From the NCBI GenBank assembly GCA_964583285.1, contig CAZOVD010000001.1, forward strand, positions 22,558 through 86,557: DNA of 64,000 nt, read 5' to 3'. Positions 10,195 through 19,972 of this stretch are shown piece by piece. Below the pieces are notes generated by a model. The model was not told the DNA's origin. It made no database searches and worked only from the letters and a program-made list of their open reading frames with translations. The translations under genes were made by a program, and so were the position numbers. Origin of the DNA: an uncultured archaeon. GTDB taxonomy: Archaea; Iainarchaeota; Iainarchaeia; Iainarchaeales; JAAZKV01. Every line of letters begins with the position of its first letter. The first letter of the stretch is position 1.

Positions 10195-10469
10195 ACTATG
10201 AATTACAATTTGCAAAAGAACTAATTGTTGATTTTAATAAATTATCAGAAAAAACTCAACTACAATTAAAAAAAAGATTTTTATTATTAAAACAAAATCC
10301 ATTTAAACAAAAATCACTAAGTGGATTTAAAGGAAAAATTTTTAGAATTCGTTTTAAAGAAAATAATATTGAAAAAAGATTAATTTATCAAGTAAAAGGA
10401 AATAAAATTATTGACAGAAAACACAACTACAAAGAATTAAAACAAGTACTTAATAATTATAATTTATAG
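10191..10469 (+). CDS. RelE/ParE-family toxin
   Basis: YELQF..DFNKL..LKQNPF..KSLSG..FRIRF..RLIYQV; start at ATG 10191. Confidence 0.75.
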   Translation: MNYELQFAKELIVDFNKLSEKTQLQLKKRFLLLKQNPFKQKSLSGFKGKIFRIRFKENNIEKRLIYQVKGNKIIDRKHNYKELKQVLNNYNL

Positions 10470-10480
10470 GTGAAGAAAAA

Positions 10481-10876
10481 ATGGTTTATGATTTATTTGA
10501 AGTTAGAGTTGCTTGTTTTGTATTTAACGATGAAGAAAAAATGCTATTAATGAAAAATAATAAATCAACTTGGGGAATTCTTGGGGGACACATGGATAAT
10601 GGTGAACAAATAGAAGAAACCGCACATAGAGAAGCAAAAGAAGAAGCAAATATTGAAATTGAAATTATAAAACAATTTGGAATTGATGTGTTTGATAATT
10701 CAATTGTAATTAGATATGCTTGCAAATATAAAAGTGGAGAAATAAAATTACAAGAAAGCGAAATAAAAGACTACAAATGGATAGAACATGGTGAACTAGA
10801 AAAATACAATTTAACTTTTAAAGAACTGCCAATGCTTGCAAAAAGAGCAAAAGAAATTATTTTTGAAAATAAATAA
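10481..10876 (+). CDS. NUDIX hydrolase
   Basis: Nudix box GGHMDNGEQIEETAHREAKEEANI. Confidence 0.9.
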   Translation: MVYDLFEVRVACFVFNDEEKMLLMKNNKSTWGILGGHMDNGEQIEETAHREAKEEANIEIEIIKQFGIDVFDNSIVIRYACKYKSGEIKLQESEIKDYKWIEHGELEKYNLTFKELPMLAKRAKEIIFENK

Positions 10877-10889
10877 TTTTTATTTCAAA

Positions 10890-13505
10890 CTATTCAACTA
10901 TTAGTGCAGGCTTTGCAGGAAGTGCATTTTTTGATTTTACATCACTACTATTTTCTGCAGAAATAATTTCAATAGTACCAAACTCGCTGGCAAGTTTTGG
11001 TTTTAATTTATTTAACACACTTTCTTCATCAAATCTAGCAATATCAAGTAATTCCTGTCGGTTATTTATTGCTTTTAAAAAAGTCTGCATTTCGCCACCA
11101 TACTTTTTCATTTCTTCTTCTTGCATTAAAAATTTCATTGAAGTTGCAAAATCAAATTTATCTTTATTAACTATTTGTATTATTTCAAGAGCCTTCCATT
11201 TCCACTGTGGGGCGACGATTATTTTTACTTTTGAAATTTTTTCAATTTTTGCAAGTTCTTTTACTGTTAAAATATCTTTCCTAATATTTTCAATTACTTC
11301 TTCTACTTTCTCAATACCTAAATTAATTTTACTTTCATCATACTCTGGCCAACTCTCAACACTAATAAAACTTTTATTACCAATGCTTTCCCAAAGTTCT
11401 TCTGCTAAATGTGGCATGAATGGCGAAATTATTTTTAAGAATTTTTCAAGAGTATCTTTTGAAACTTCACTTTCGTTTTCAAAATGATCAAACAATTGTC
11501 TTAACTTAATTATTGAAATATTATATTTAAACTCACTAATTTCGCTTGTAACATCTTTAATAGTTCTATTTAATTTTGACAAAGTTAAATCAGAATCTTT
11601 TCCAATTCTAACACTTGAAAAATAATCAAATATTTTGTTTACTATTCTTTTTGATCCTTCAATTCCTTTCTCACTCCAATCTCTTTCTTTATCAGGCGCT
11701 GCTAGTGAAAGTAAAAATAACCTTGCAGTATCAATACCATAATTCTCACTTACTGCATCAGGATTAACTACATTGCCTTTGCTCTTACTCATTTTTACTC
11801 CACCTTCACCTTGAAGCATTCCTTGATGGAACAAATTTAATGCAGGTTCACGAAAATTAATTAACCCCAAATCAGCTAAAAATTTTGTATAAAATCTAAA
11901 ATAAATCAAATGCATACAAGCATGTTCGCTACCACCAATATATTGATCTATTGGACAAAAGTAATTTGCTTTTTCTTTACTAAAAATTTCTTTACTATTA
12001 TTTGGATCAACATATCTTAAAAAATACCAACTTGAATTTACAAAAGTATCCATTGTATCAGTTTCTCTTCTTGCATCATTACCACAGCTTGGACATTTTG
12101 TTTTAATCCAATCAACATTTGTTGTTAGTGGATTTCCTTTTCCAAAGATAACTTCTTTTGGAAGTTCAACTGGCAAATCTTTTTCTTCAACTGGAACAGC
12201 GCCACATTTTTCGCAATGAATTATAGGTATTGGAGTTCCCCAATATCTTTGTCTACTAATTCCCCAATCTCTTAATTTAAAATTAATAACTTTTTTTCCT
12301 TTCTTATTTTCAATAAGCCAATCAGTAATTTTTTTTATTGCTTCACGACTATTAATACCATTAAATTGTTCTGAATTAATTAAAACTCCTTCACCAGTGT
12401 GTGCTCTTTTATCAGTAATTTTTCCTTCAATTACTTCTTTTATTTTTATACCATATTTTTTTGCAAATTCAAAATCTCTTTGATCATGAGCTGGAACTGC
12501 CATAACCATACCACTACCATAATCTGCCAAAACAAAATTACCTGCATAAACTGGAACCCTTTCGCCTGTTGCTGGATTTACTGCATAAGTTCCAGTAAAT
12601 ACTCCTTCTTTTTCTAAAGATTCCATCTCTTTTTCTGAAACTGAATTTATTTTCTCTAAAAATTCTTCAACTTCTTTTTTTTGCTCATCAGTAACTAAAC
12701 TCCACAAATCTTTATGTGCTGCAGCAACAACTACAAAAGTTACTCCAAAAATAGTATCAGGGCGAGTTGTAAAAACAGGCCAAGTTTTTCCATTAATCTC
12801 AAAATTAATTTCAGTACCATGACTTTTTCCTATCCAGTTTTTTTGCATAGCTTTAGTTTTAGCCGGCCAACCTTCTAAACTATCAATACTTTCATAAAGT
12901 TCATCCGCATAGTTTGTAATTTTAAAAAACCATTGTTTTAATCTTTTTATTTCAACTTTAGTATCATCATGTCGCCAGCACATACCCCCTTGCACTTGTT
13001 CGTTTGCAAGAACAGTATCACACTTTGGGCACCAATTAACTAAAGATTCTTTTTGATAAGCTAAATTATTTTCTAGCATTTTTAAAAAAATCCATTGATC
13101 CCATTTATAATATTCTTTATCAGCAGTATTAATTAGTTTACTCCAATCATAACTAACACCAAGAGCTTTTTGTTGTCGAATAAAATTTTTTATAGAATTA
13201 TCAGTATAATCTTTTGGATGCGTGCCTGCTTTTATTGCAGCATTTTCTGCCGGAAGACCTAATGCATCATAACCCATTGGATATAAAACATTAAAACCAT
13301 TCATTCTCTTAAACCGAGCAAAAACATCCCCTATAGTATAATTAAGAGCATGCCCCATGTGAAGACCATCCCCACTAGGATAAGGAAACATTTCAAGAAC
13401 ATAGTATTTTGGCTTTTTTGAATTTTCTTCTACTTCAAAAATTTTAGCACTTTCCCACTTATCTTGCCATTTCTTTTCAATCTGCTTAAAATTAACTTCT
13501 TGCAT
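10890..13505 (-). CDS. leuS: Leucyl-tRNA synthetase, bacterial-type core
   Basis: YYVLEMFPYPSG.LHMGH, GLPAENAAIK, FTTRPDT and VPAHDQRD editing motifs, SRQRYWGTPIP, KMSKS. Confidence 0.97.
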   Translation of the reverse strand: MQEVNFKQIEKKWQDKWESAKIFEVEENSKKPKYYVLEMFPYPSGDGLHMGHALNYTIGDVFARFKRMNGFNVLYPMGYDALGLPAENAAIKAGTHPKDYTDNSIKNFIRQQKALGVSYDWSKLINTADKEYYKWDQWIFLKMLENNLAYQKESLVNWCPKCDTVLANEQVQGGMCWRHDDTKVEIKRLKQWFFKITNYADELYESIDSLEGWPAKTKAMQKNWIGKSHGTEINFEINGKTWPVFTTRPDTIFGVTFVVVAAAHKDLWSLVTDEQKKEVEEFLEKINSVSEKEMESLEKEGVFTGTYAVNPATGERVPVYAGNFVLADYGSGMVMAVPAHDQRDFEFAKKYGIKIKEVIEGKITDKRAHTGEGVLINSEQFNGINSREAIKKITDWLIENKKGKKVINFKLRDWGISRQRYWGTPIPIIHCEKCGAVPVEEKDLPVELPKEVIFGKGNPLTTNVDWIKTKCPSCGNDARRETDTMDTFVNSSWYFLRYVDPNNSKEIFSKEKANYFCPIDQYIGGSEHACMHLIYFRFYTKFLADLGLINFREPALNLFHQGMLQGEGGVKMSKSKGNVVNPDAVSENYGIDTARLFLLSLAAPDKERDWSEKGIEGSKRIVNKIFDYFSSVRIGKDSDLTLSKLNRTIKDVTSEISEFKYNISIIKLRQLFDHFENESEVSKDTLEKFLKIISPFMPHLAEELWESIGNKSFISVESWPEYDESKINLGIEKVEEVIENIRKDILTVKELAKIEKISKVKIIVAPQWKWKALEIIQIVNKDKFDFATSMKFLMQEEEMKKYGGEMQTFLKAINNRQELLDIARFDEESVLNKLKPKLASEFGTIEIISAENSSDVKSKNALPAKPALIVE

Positions 13506-13615
13506 ACTAAAAGCAAGTTGAAAAAGGTTTAAAATTGCTTTTGAATTAATTAAAACTTAATTCAATGAACGAAATTTAAGTTAGTTTAATAAATGAATAA
13601 AATCTCAAAATTTTA

Positions 13616-14011
13616 ATGAAACTTTATTTAGATAGTAATGTGTTTATCTCATTAATTAAGGAAGAACTTGATAAAAACCTAAGACCATTATACTTAGAGG
13701 CTGAAGAGTTTTTTAGTTATGTCTCAACTAAACAAATAATACTTGTTCTATCTGAACTGTTTTTTGAAGAGGTATATAAGATTAGTAATTTTAAAAAAGA
13801 GCGAGTAATCCAGTATTTTAAAAAAATTGATGTGCCTGTTTTAATAATTGAAAAAAACCAAATGGGTGGAGAAGTTAAAGGAATACATTATCCTGATTCA
13901 AAACATGCTGCAACTGCAATAAAATTTGGTTGTAAATACATAATAACATTCAATACTAAAGATTTTGAAAATTTAAGAGAAATAGACTCCATTACTCCTA
14001 ACGAGTTTTAG
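13616..14011 (+). CDS. PIN-domain (VapC-like) nuclease/toxin
   Basis: YLDSNVF, EEV, HYPDSKHAATA, ITFNTKDF acidic PIN motifs. Confidence 0.85.
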   Translation: MKLYLDSNVFISLIKEELDKNLRPLYLEAEEFFSYVSTKQIILVLSELFFEEVYKISNFKKERVIQYFKKIDVPVLIIEKNQMGGEVKGIHYPDSKHAATAIKFGCKYIITFNTKDFENLREIDSITPNEF

Positions 14012-14021
14012 ATTTAAAAAA

Positions 14022-14285
14022 TTATAAATTATTTGCAAGAATAGTTTTATCCTTTTGAGACAATTTATTTATTTTCATACCTTTCTTTCTAAATTCGTCT
14101 CTTAATTCTTGTGAAGCATTATGAACCTTATCAAATGAATCCATTATTATTAGCTGTCTTTCAATAGCTTTTCTTACTGATTCTTTAATAAATTCACTTC
14201 TTGAAGAATAAAATCCATTTTTAACTAAATTATCAATTGCCATTGCAAGCGAGTCTTCTACCTGAAAAGTTATCATTTTTACCAT
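14022..14285 (-). CDS. Ribbon-helix-helix (CopG/Arc/MetJ) protein, likely antitoxin
   Basis: ITFQVEDSLAMAIDNLVKNGFYSSRSEFIKESVRK. Confidence 0.85.
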   Translation of the reverse strand: MVKMITFQVEDSLAMAIDNLVKNGFYSSRSEFIKESVRKAIERQLIIMDSFDKVHNASQELRDEFRKKGMKINKLSQKDKTILANNL

Positions 14286-14360
14286 ATTAATAAATTAATA
14301 ATATGTTATTAAAAGGTTTTTGGTTATATTAAAATAAACAAACAAAATAGTCAATAAAAA

Positions 14361-14378
14361 ATCAACTTTTCAGTTGAT
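14361..14378. promoter_or_regulatory. Palindromic operator candidate ATCAACT-N4-AGTTGAT (copy 2)
   Basis: Same arms as 9415-9432; extra ATCAAC half-site at 14384-14389. Confidence 0.6.
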
Positions 14379-14424
14379 AAAAAATCAACCAAGCAAATAA
14401 TAATCTAATAAATAAAATATTATA

Positions 14425-14568
14425 ATGTTTACAAAAACTCAATCTAAAATAAATAAAAATTTTGATTCTTACAAAAAAAGCATTTATTTTGAAAAAGGAA
14501 ACTCTGAAAATTTTCATAAAGTAATAAGAGAATTAGACGAAATAACAAAAAACAATTTACTGTATTAA
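14425..14568 (+). CDS. Small hypothetical protein, 47 aa (MFTKTQSKIN...KNNLLY)
   Basis: Manual translation; fills the gap and ends with a TTAA stop overlap with the convergent gene. Confidence 0.45.
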   Translation: MFTKTQSKINKNFDSYKKSIYFEKGNSENFHKVIRELDEITKNNLLY

Positions 14569-15356
14569 ATTAAATATTCTTTTCTAATATTATCCGCAAC
14601 AAAACTATCATTAATAACAAAGACCTTTATTCTTGCTTTTATCTTTTGCATATTTTCTAAATGATTAATTAAATCAAACTCTTCAAGTTTCTTTGGAGAC
14701 CTATTTTGTTTTTTCCATAAATTCCTAAAATCAGAATCATACCAAATATATGCAACAAAATCACCAGTCACTAAAATGTCAAGCAGATCAGTAGAAGAAT
14801 TATTTTTTTGAACAACTTTTTTCACACCAAGTTTTTTTAAAGCAGAAGCAAAAAACAAATCCAGATTATTAAGCTCATTTACAAAACAATAAGTACGAGT
14901 CTTTTTGTATATTTGCATTAACTTATTACTTAAACTCTTATCAATACCAATTACTGAATAAGGAAAAAAACACAAATTAACATTAGGTTTATTACTAACA
15001 TTTGGGTAAAATAAAAATTTATTTATAAGAAAATCAGCTAATTCTAAAATCCCAAAAAACTCAAATTCTTCAAAGTTATTAATTTTATTATTTGCCAAAA
15101 CTATTTTTTGATGAACTAAATTACTTTGGTTTCTAATAGAATTAACCCAATCAATTGAAAGCAAATAATACTTATCTTCTTTTAACAAAACAATATCATC
15201 AAATAATTCATTAACAACCTTATGAACTCTCTGATAAGAAATATTTTTTGAATAATTAGTTTTTACACTAAAATAAATTTCTTTTGCAGAAAGTTTCTTA
15301 TTTTCAAGCAACTCTTTAATAATGAGCTCTTTTAAACCACTAAACCCCAAAAACAT
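14565..15356 (-). CDS. N-terminal winged-helix transcription regulator with uncharacterised C-terminal domain
   Basis: IIKELL..LSAKEIY..ISYQRVHKVVNEL..LLKEDKYYLLS wHTH pattern. Confidence 0.7.
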   Translation of the reverse strand: MFLGFSGLKELIIKELLENKKLSAKEIYFSVKTNYSKNISYQRVHKVVNELFDDIVLLKEDKYYLLSIDWVNSIRNQSNLVHQKIVLANNKINNFEEFEFFGILELADFLINKFLFYPNVSNKPNVNLCFFPYSVIGIDKSLSNKLMQIYKKTRTYCFVNELNNLDLFFASALKKLGVKKVVQKNNSSTDLLDILVTGDFVAYIWYDSDFRNLWKKQNRSPKKLEEFDLINHLENMQKIKARIKVFVINDSFVADNIRKEYLI

Positions 15357-15408
15357 ACAAATATATTTAATAAAAAAGATTAATAATTAATATATTTGAT
15401 GTGAAAAA

Positions 15409-15873
15409 ATGAATTGTTTTGGAAATACAAACAAAATAGCAATAGTATCTGGATTTGGAGAAAGTGAGATAAGCAAACTAAATGCATTTGACAATGCATT
15501 AATTAACGCAAAAATACATGATTTAAATTTAATAAAAGTGTCATCAATACTGTCAAAAAATACAAAAATCGTAAAAAAGTTTGAAATTGAAAAAGGAAGT
15601 TTTTGCCCTTGTGTATTAAGTATAGCACATGGAGAAAAAAATGAGGAAATTTGCAGCGGGATAGGAATAGGATTTAACAATGAAAAATATGGTTATGTAA
15701 TGGAAGCGCAAGAAGAAAGCCAAGCACACACTATACTGAAATTAGAAAAAAATTTATGTGAAATGGCGCAAAACAGAAACCAAAAAATAATAACAAAAAA
15801 AATAATAATAAAGAGTGGAAAATCCACTAAAAAATTTAGTTGCGCAGTAACTGCAGTAATTTACTTATTTTAA
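15409..15873 (+). CDS. pdaD: Pyruvoyl-dependent arginine decarboxylase
   Basis: LNAFDNAL..NLIKVSSIL (Ser-Ser self-cleavage site), GYVME. Confidence 0.85.
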   Translation: MNCFGNTNKIAIVSGFGESEISKLNAFDNALINAKIHDLNLIKVSSILSKNTKIVKKFEIEKGSFCPCVLSIAHGEKNEEICSGIGIGFNNEKYGYVMEAQEESQAHTILKLEKNLCEMAQNRNQKIITKKIIIKSGKSTKKFSCAVTAVIYLF

Positions 15874-15979
15874 AAATAATTAATCTTATACTACAAAAAT
15901 AATAAATTACAAATAACTATATATAGATAAAGTAATAAATAAGTATTTACACAAAGTTATTGTATTTATATTGATTTTT

Positions 15980-17215
15980 ATGATAGAAATTGTAGTAGGC
16001 ACAAGTCAAAACTGGGATCCTGAAGAAGCAATTAAAGAAGCATTAAGTGAATCACTAAAAAAAGATGAGGAAAAACCAAAATTTATTCTTTTATTTTCTA
16101 CAACCCACTATAAAAAAAATGGCGGGTTTAAAAAGATTTTAAATACAGTTTATAACTCAGTCCCAAAAAATACCCCTTTATTAGGCGGGAGTGTTGCAGG
16201 ATTTATGAATAAAAAAGGGTGTTTTACTAGAGGAATATCAATATTAATTTGTTATTCGGATGAAATAGAAATAGATATAGGTTTATCTAAAAACACAAAA
16301 TTATTACCAAAAATAGCTGGAAAAAATTGCGCAAAACAAATAATGAAAAATTACCCAGATTTTCCAAATAAATATTTTATATTTTTAGTTTCAAGTGCAA
16401 CAGTACCAAATTTTCCAATAATAAATAAAAAAATTGTTAATCTCCCAGGAATAAATTTGATTCTTAGTTTGTTTGATCCATTTAGTAAAATATTACAAAT
16501 TGGGCCCAGTAGAGATGAAACTATTTTCTCAGAATTCTCAAATAGTTTAAAAGATAGTTATGGAATTGGTGGAGGAGTTTGTGATAATTTAGAACTTTTT
16601 GATAATGCTTTATTTTTAAATAATAGTATTAATAAAAACTCTGTAGCAGCAATTTGTATTAATACTAAAAGAGAATTGAAAATAAACTCAAGCAATGGAT
16701 TAAGACCAACCAATAAAGTATTTACAATAACTGACATATCTAAAAGCGGATATATAATAAACAAAATTAATAATGAACCACCATTAAAAACATATTTAGA
16801 CACAATGGGGTGGTCTGAAGATATATTAGATGAAAGAATTTATAGAAAAATATTTTATTATCCAATAATTAATGAAAATGATGAAAAGAAGGAACCACGG
16901 ATGTTTGGTCTTATTTATGGAAATAAATTTATATTTCCAATGAAAGGAAAACTCGGACAATCAAGAATATATCAATCTACCGGAAAAGATATAATTAATT
17001 CAGCAACAAATCTTATAGATGGCGAGCCTAAAAATTTTGGGATTGGCATTTCATGTGGAACTAAATTAGAAACTCTTGGAAAGAATTCTTATATAATCCA
17101 CGAAGAACTATCAAAAAAATTAAAAGAATTTTTAATAATATATACTGCCGGAGAATTTTATAAAAATAAATATCACTCATCAAATTATCAAACAGATACT
17201 ATGTTATCAGGCTAA
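15980..17215 (+). CDS. FIST-domain sensory protein
   Basis: ILLFST..PLLGGSVAGF, GGG..D, INKINNEP, FYYP, ISCGTK, YTAGE. Confidence 0.75.
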   Translation: MIEIVVGTSQNWDPEEAIKEALSESLKKDEEKPKFILLFSTTHYKKNGGFKKILNTVYNSVPKNTPLLGGSVAGFMNKKGCFTRGISILICYSDEIEIDIGLSKNTKLLPKIAGKNCAKQIMKNYPDFPNKYFIFLVSSATVPNFPIINKKIVNLPGINLILSLFDPFSKILQIGPSRDETIFSEFSNSLKDSYGIGGGVCDNLELFDNALFLNNSINKNSVAAICINTKRELKINSSNGLRPTNKVFTITDISKSGYIINKINNEPPLKTYLDTMGWSEDILDERIYRKIFYYPIINENDEKKEPRMFGLIYGNKFIFPMKGKLGQSRIYQSTGKDIINSATNLIDGEPKNFGIGISCGTKLETLGKNSYIIHEELSKKLKEFLIIYTAGEFYKNKYHSSNYQTDTMLSG

Positions 17216-18328
17216 CTTTATTAATTCAGATATGGGCATTTTATATAAGTTACTTATTTGATTACTAGATATTAGCCCACTAATAAGATAACACATAAGC
17301 AAATTACTTTTTGTAGAATTATCTAATGAATATAATTTATATATGGTGCTTAAAAGCTTATCAGACTCTAAAAACAATTCTTTTAATGGATTAATAAATT
17401 TTTTTTCAGTAATACTTTTTCCGACAGCATCACCAATTATTATCCCTGGTAATATTCCTTCAACAAATGGTTTTAAATTATCATTTGCAGCATCACCAAC
17501 TGCAATAACATTACCAAAATATCTATTAGACAAAAAATTATCAAACGGAGCATCTTTACTTTTATTAGAAATATATACTCCATTTTTTACTTGGTTTTTA
17601 ACTAAGTCGCTCTTTAAGAAATCTTTAAAGTATAATGACATATTTTTAGTTGGATATACTCCCCCAACTCCAATATTTGCTACTGAATCCGACTTAGGAA
17701 AAATATATGCATATCCTTTTGGAGTAAAGTCATCAAAAAATATTTGCTCGTATTTATTAAATTTTAAGTTTAGATTATTCATTTCCCAAGAATAGACTTT
17801 TGCATATTTTCCATACTTAGGCTCATAAACATCTAACAAGGTCAACATTTTAGAATGAACTCCGTCCGCAGCAATAACAAATTTTGGGTAAATTTCAATC
17901 CTTTTTTTCTTATTAAAAAATATTGCTTTTTTAACAACTTTTCTTGAATTATAATATATAGCTTTCAGATCAGTTTCTAATTTTAATAAAACACCATTAT
18001 CTTCAGCATTTTTCCCTAGCCATTTTTCAAAATTGGCTCTGTCCAAAGAAAAACCGGACCAAAATTCGCCAGTTTTTTTTATTGAAATTCCATTTGAGTT
18101 TAGAATAATGCCTTTTATTTTAAAATCTATAAATTTATTTGGAATACTAAATGGCAAATAATCAAATAGATAACTACCAATACCTTCAGCACACTTAACT
18201 GGTTCGCCAAGTATTTTTTTTTTGTCAATACAAATAACTTTTAAGCCTTTGATTGCCGCAGCTCTAGCTGCAGATAATCCTGCCGGACCAGCCCCCACAA
18301 CCAAGACATCACAGTCTAACTTTTCCAT
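17207..18328 (-). CDS. Geranylgeranyl-reductase-family FAD oxidoreductase
   Basis: DVLVVGAGPAG, PVKCAEG, DRANFEKWL, AADG, GYAYIFPK, VGDAA..PFVEGI. Confidence 0.85.
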   Translation of the reverse strand: MEKLDCDVLVVGAGPAGLSAARAAAIKGLKVICIDKKKILGEPVKCAEGIGSYLFDYLPFSIPNKFIDFKIKGIILNSNGISIKKTGEFWSGFSLDRANFEKWLGKNAEDNGVLLKLETDLKAIYYNSRKVVKKAIFFNKKKRIEIYPKFVIAADGVHSKMLTLLDVYEPKYGKYAKVYSWEMNNLNLKFNKYEQIFFDDFTPKGYAYIFPKSDSVANIGVGGVYPTKNMSLYFKDFLKSDLVKNQVKNGVYISNKSKDAPFDNFLSNRYFGNVIAVGDAANDNLKPFVEGILPGIIIGDAVGKSITEKKFINPLKELFLESDKLLSTIYKLYSLDNSTKSNLLMCYLISGLISSNQISNLYKMPISELIKLA

Positions 18329-18363
18329 AATAATAATACTATTTTAAACTATAAAAACTATTC

Positions 18364-19572
18364 TTAAAAAATTGCTTTTCTTATCAATCTCAGAGATTTT
18401 AACGGTTTTCTTAAGACTGCATTTATTAAATATCTTAGTTTGTATTCATCTGAATCAACTAAATAATCTAAGTGTTGATTTATATGCAAATAATTTGCAG
18501 TCTCAACTAAAAAGTCAATGTCTGAATTAGATAAATTGTTGTAAATTTTTCGCATTAGATTATTTTGTCTTTCATTTCCCAATATTTTTTTTAATTCTTT
18601 ATCATATTCAATTAAAGCATAATTATCTAACCCATATTTCAAAAGTGATTCTGCTAACAAATATCCTGATCTAATTGCTGGATTCACACCATATGCAAAA
18701 ACTGAACTTAGAGTCCCGGCAGAGTCTCCAACAAATGCAATATTACCAACAACCCGTTTAGAAACTTTAAATATTTTTCTTTCACCAGCATTAAAACTTA
18801 AAGTTTTTGACCCCAAAATAATGCTATACACTTCTGGATTTTTTTCTATAAATTTATAAAAATATTTTTGAATAGACTTATCCAATTTTTTCTTGTTTGC
18901 AACAATCATAGCAATCCCAATATCATTTGACACTTTTCCAATAAAAAAATATCCCCCCGGCGCATAAATTTGATCAAAAAAAATGTTTGTTGTTTCTTTT
19001 TCCATTCTTAGATTTGAAATTAAAGCACCAAAACCAATAATTTGAGTAGTATTTAATTCAGATATTTTAAGTTTTTTATAAAAAAATGAATCTATCCCAG
19101 TAGCAACAACAATTATTTTTGGAAATATTACTACTTTAGATTTATCTTTAATAATTTTTACAGACTTACAATTTTTATCTAAAAAATCTAAGTCATCTAT
19201 CTTAGAATTAAACCAAACATCAACTCCGTTAGATTTCATTGATAAAAATAATGAATAATCCAAAGAATTTTTTGATTTACCTCTTAAAAAAAATAAGTCA
19301 TGAACTTTTGAAACAAATGTGAATTTATCATTTGGTGAGAACCAAATCGATTTATTAGATTTTGTTAAATAATCTAGTTTTAATTCTTTAATTATTTCTT
19401 CAATTCCTTTACTCTCTGTAATGTCAATTTTTTCTGAATGAACGCTACCAGGCATTGAACCTTTATCTATACAAATTACTTCTAAACCTTCTTTTGCTAA
19501 TTTTGATGCACAAACTGCTCCCGCAGGACCCGCCCCCACAACTAAAATATCACATTTAAGATTTTTTTTCAT
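18364..19572 (-). CDS. Divergent geranylgeranyl-reductase-family FAD oxidoreductase
   Basis: DILVVGAGPAG, VATG, YAPGGYF, VGDSAG..GVNPAIRSG. Confidence 0.8.
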   Translation of the reverse strand: MKKNLKCDILVVGAGPAGAVCASKLAKEGLEVICIDKGSMPGSVHSEKIDITESKGIEEIIKELKLDYLTKSNKSIWFSPNDKFTFVSKVHDLFFLRGKSKNSLDYSLFLSMKSNGVDVWFNSKIDDLDFLDKNCKSVKIIKDKSKVVIFPKIIVVATGIDSFFYKKLKISELNTTQIIGFGALISNLRMEKETTNIFFDQIYAPGGYFFIGKVSNDIGIAMIVANKKKLDKSIQKYFYKFIEKNPEVYSIILGSKTLSFNAGERKIFKVSKRVVGNIAFVGDSAGTLSSVFAYGVNPAIRSGYLLAESLLKYGLDNYALIEYDKELKKILGNERQNNLMRKIYNNLSNSDIDFLVETANYLHINQHLDYLVDSDEYKLRYLINAVLRKPLKSLRLIRKAIF

Positions 19573-19600
19573 AATAAGATATATTTAATCTTTAATTTAT

Positions 19601-19972
19601 TTATTCTTTCCTATCAAGAATTGTTTGTACCTTTCTTTTTGTATTCTCAACCTCTACATCTATTAGACCAATATTGGATAAAGCTGGGATAATAACCATT
19701 AATGAATAAGTTTGGTTTATAGGCGCAAAGATTATTATATATTCTCCTAACTCAAAATTAAATCTCTCAACTTTATATAAAAAGAATTTTTCAATTATTG
19801 GGAATATTTGTGTTGTTGATTCTTTTACAAGATTCCAAAATTTGGCATCTTTTAATTTTATGTTGTTTGGAGTTACCCCGCCTAAATCTTTTCTTGCTAG
19901 CATACAAGCAAGAACATCATCTAGTTTAAGTAAATCTTCTAAAACTAACAGTACATCTTCTTTTTTTCCCAT
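19601..19972 (-). CDS. Roadblock/LC7-like protein
   Basis: L..L..L.DV.ACML...G; C-terminal LMVII...NIGLI..E pattern; ~123 aa. Confidence 0.6.
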   Translation of the reverse strand: MGKKEDVLLVLEDLLKLDDVLACMLARKDLGGVTPNNIKLKDAKFWNLVKESTTQIFPIIEKFFLYKVERFNFELGEYIIIFAPINQTYSLMVIIPALSNIGLIDVEVENTKRKVQTILDRKE

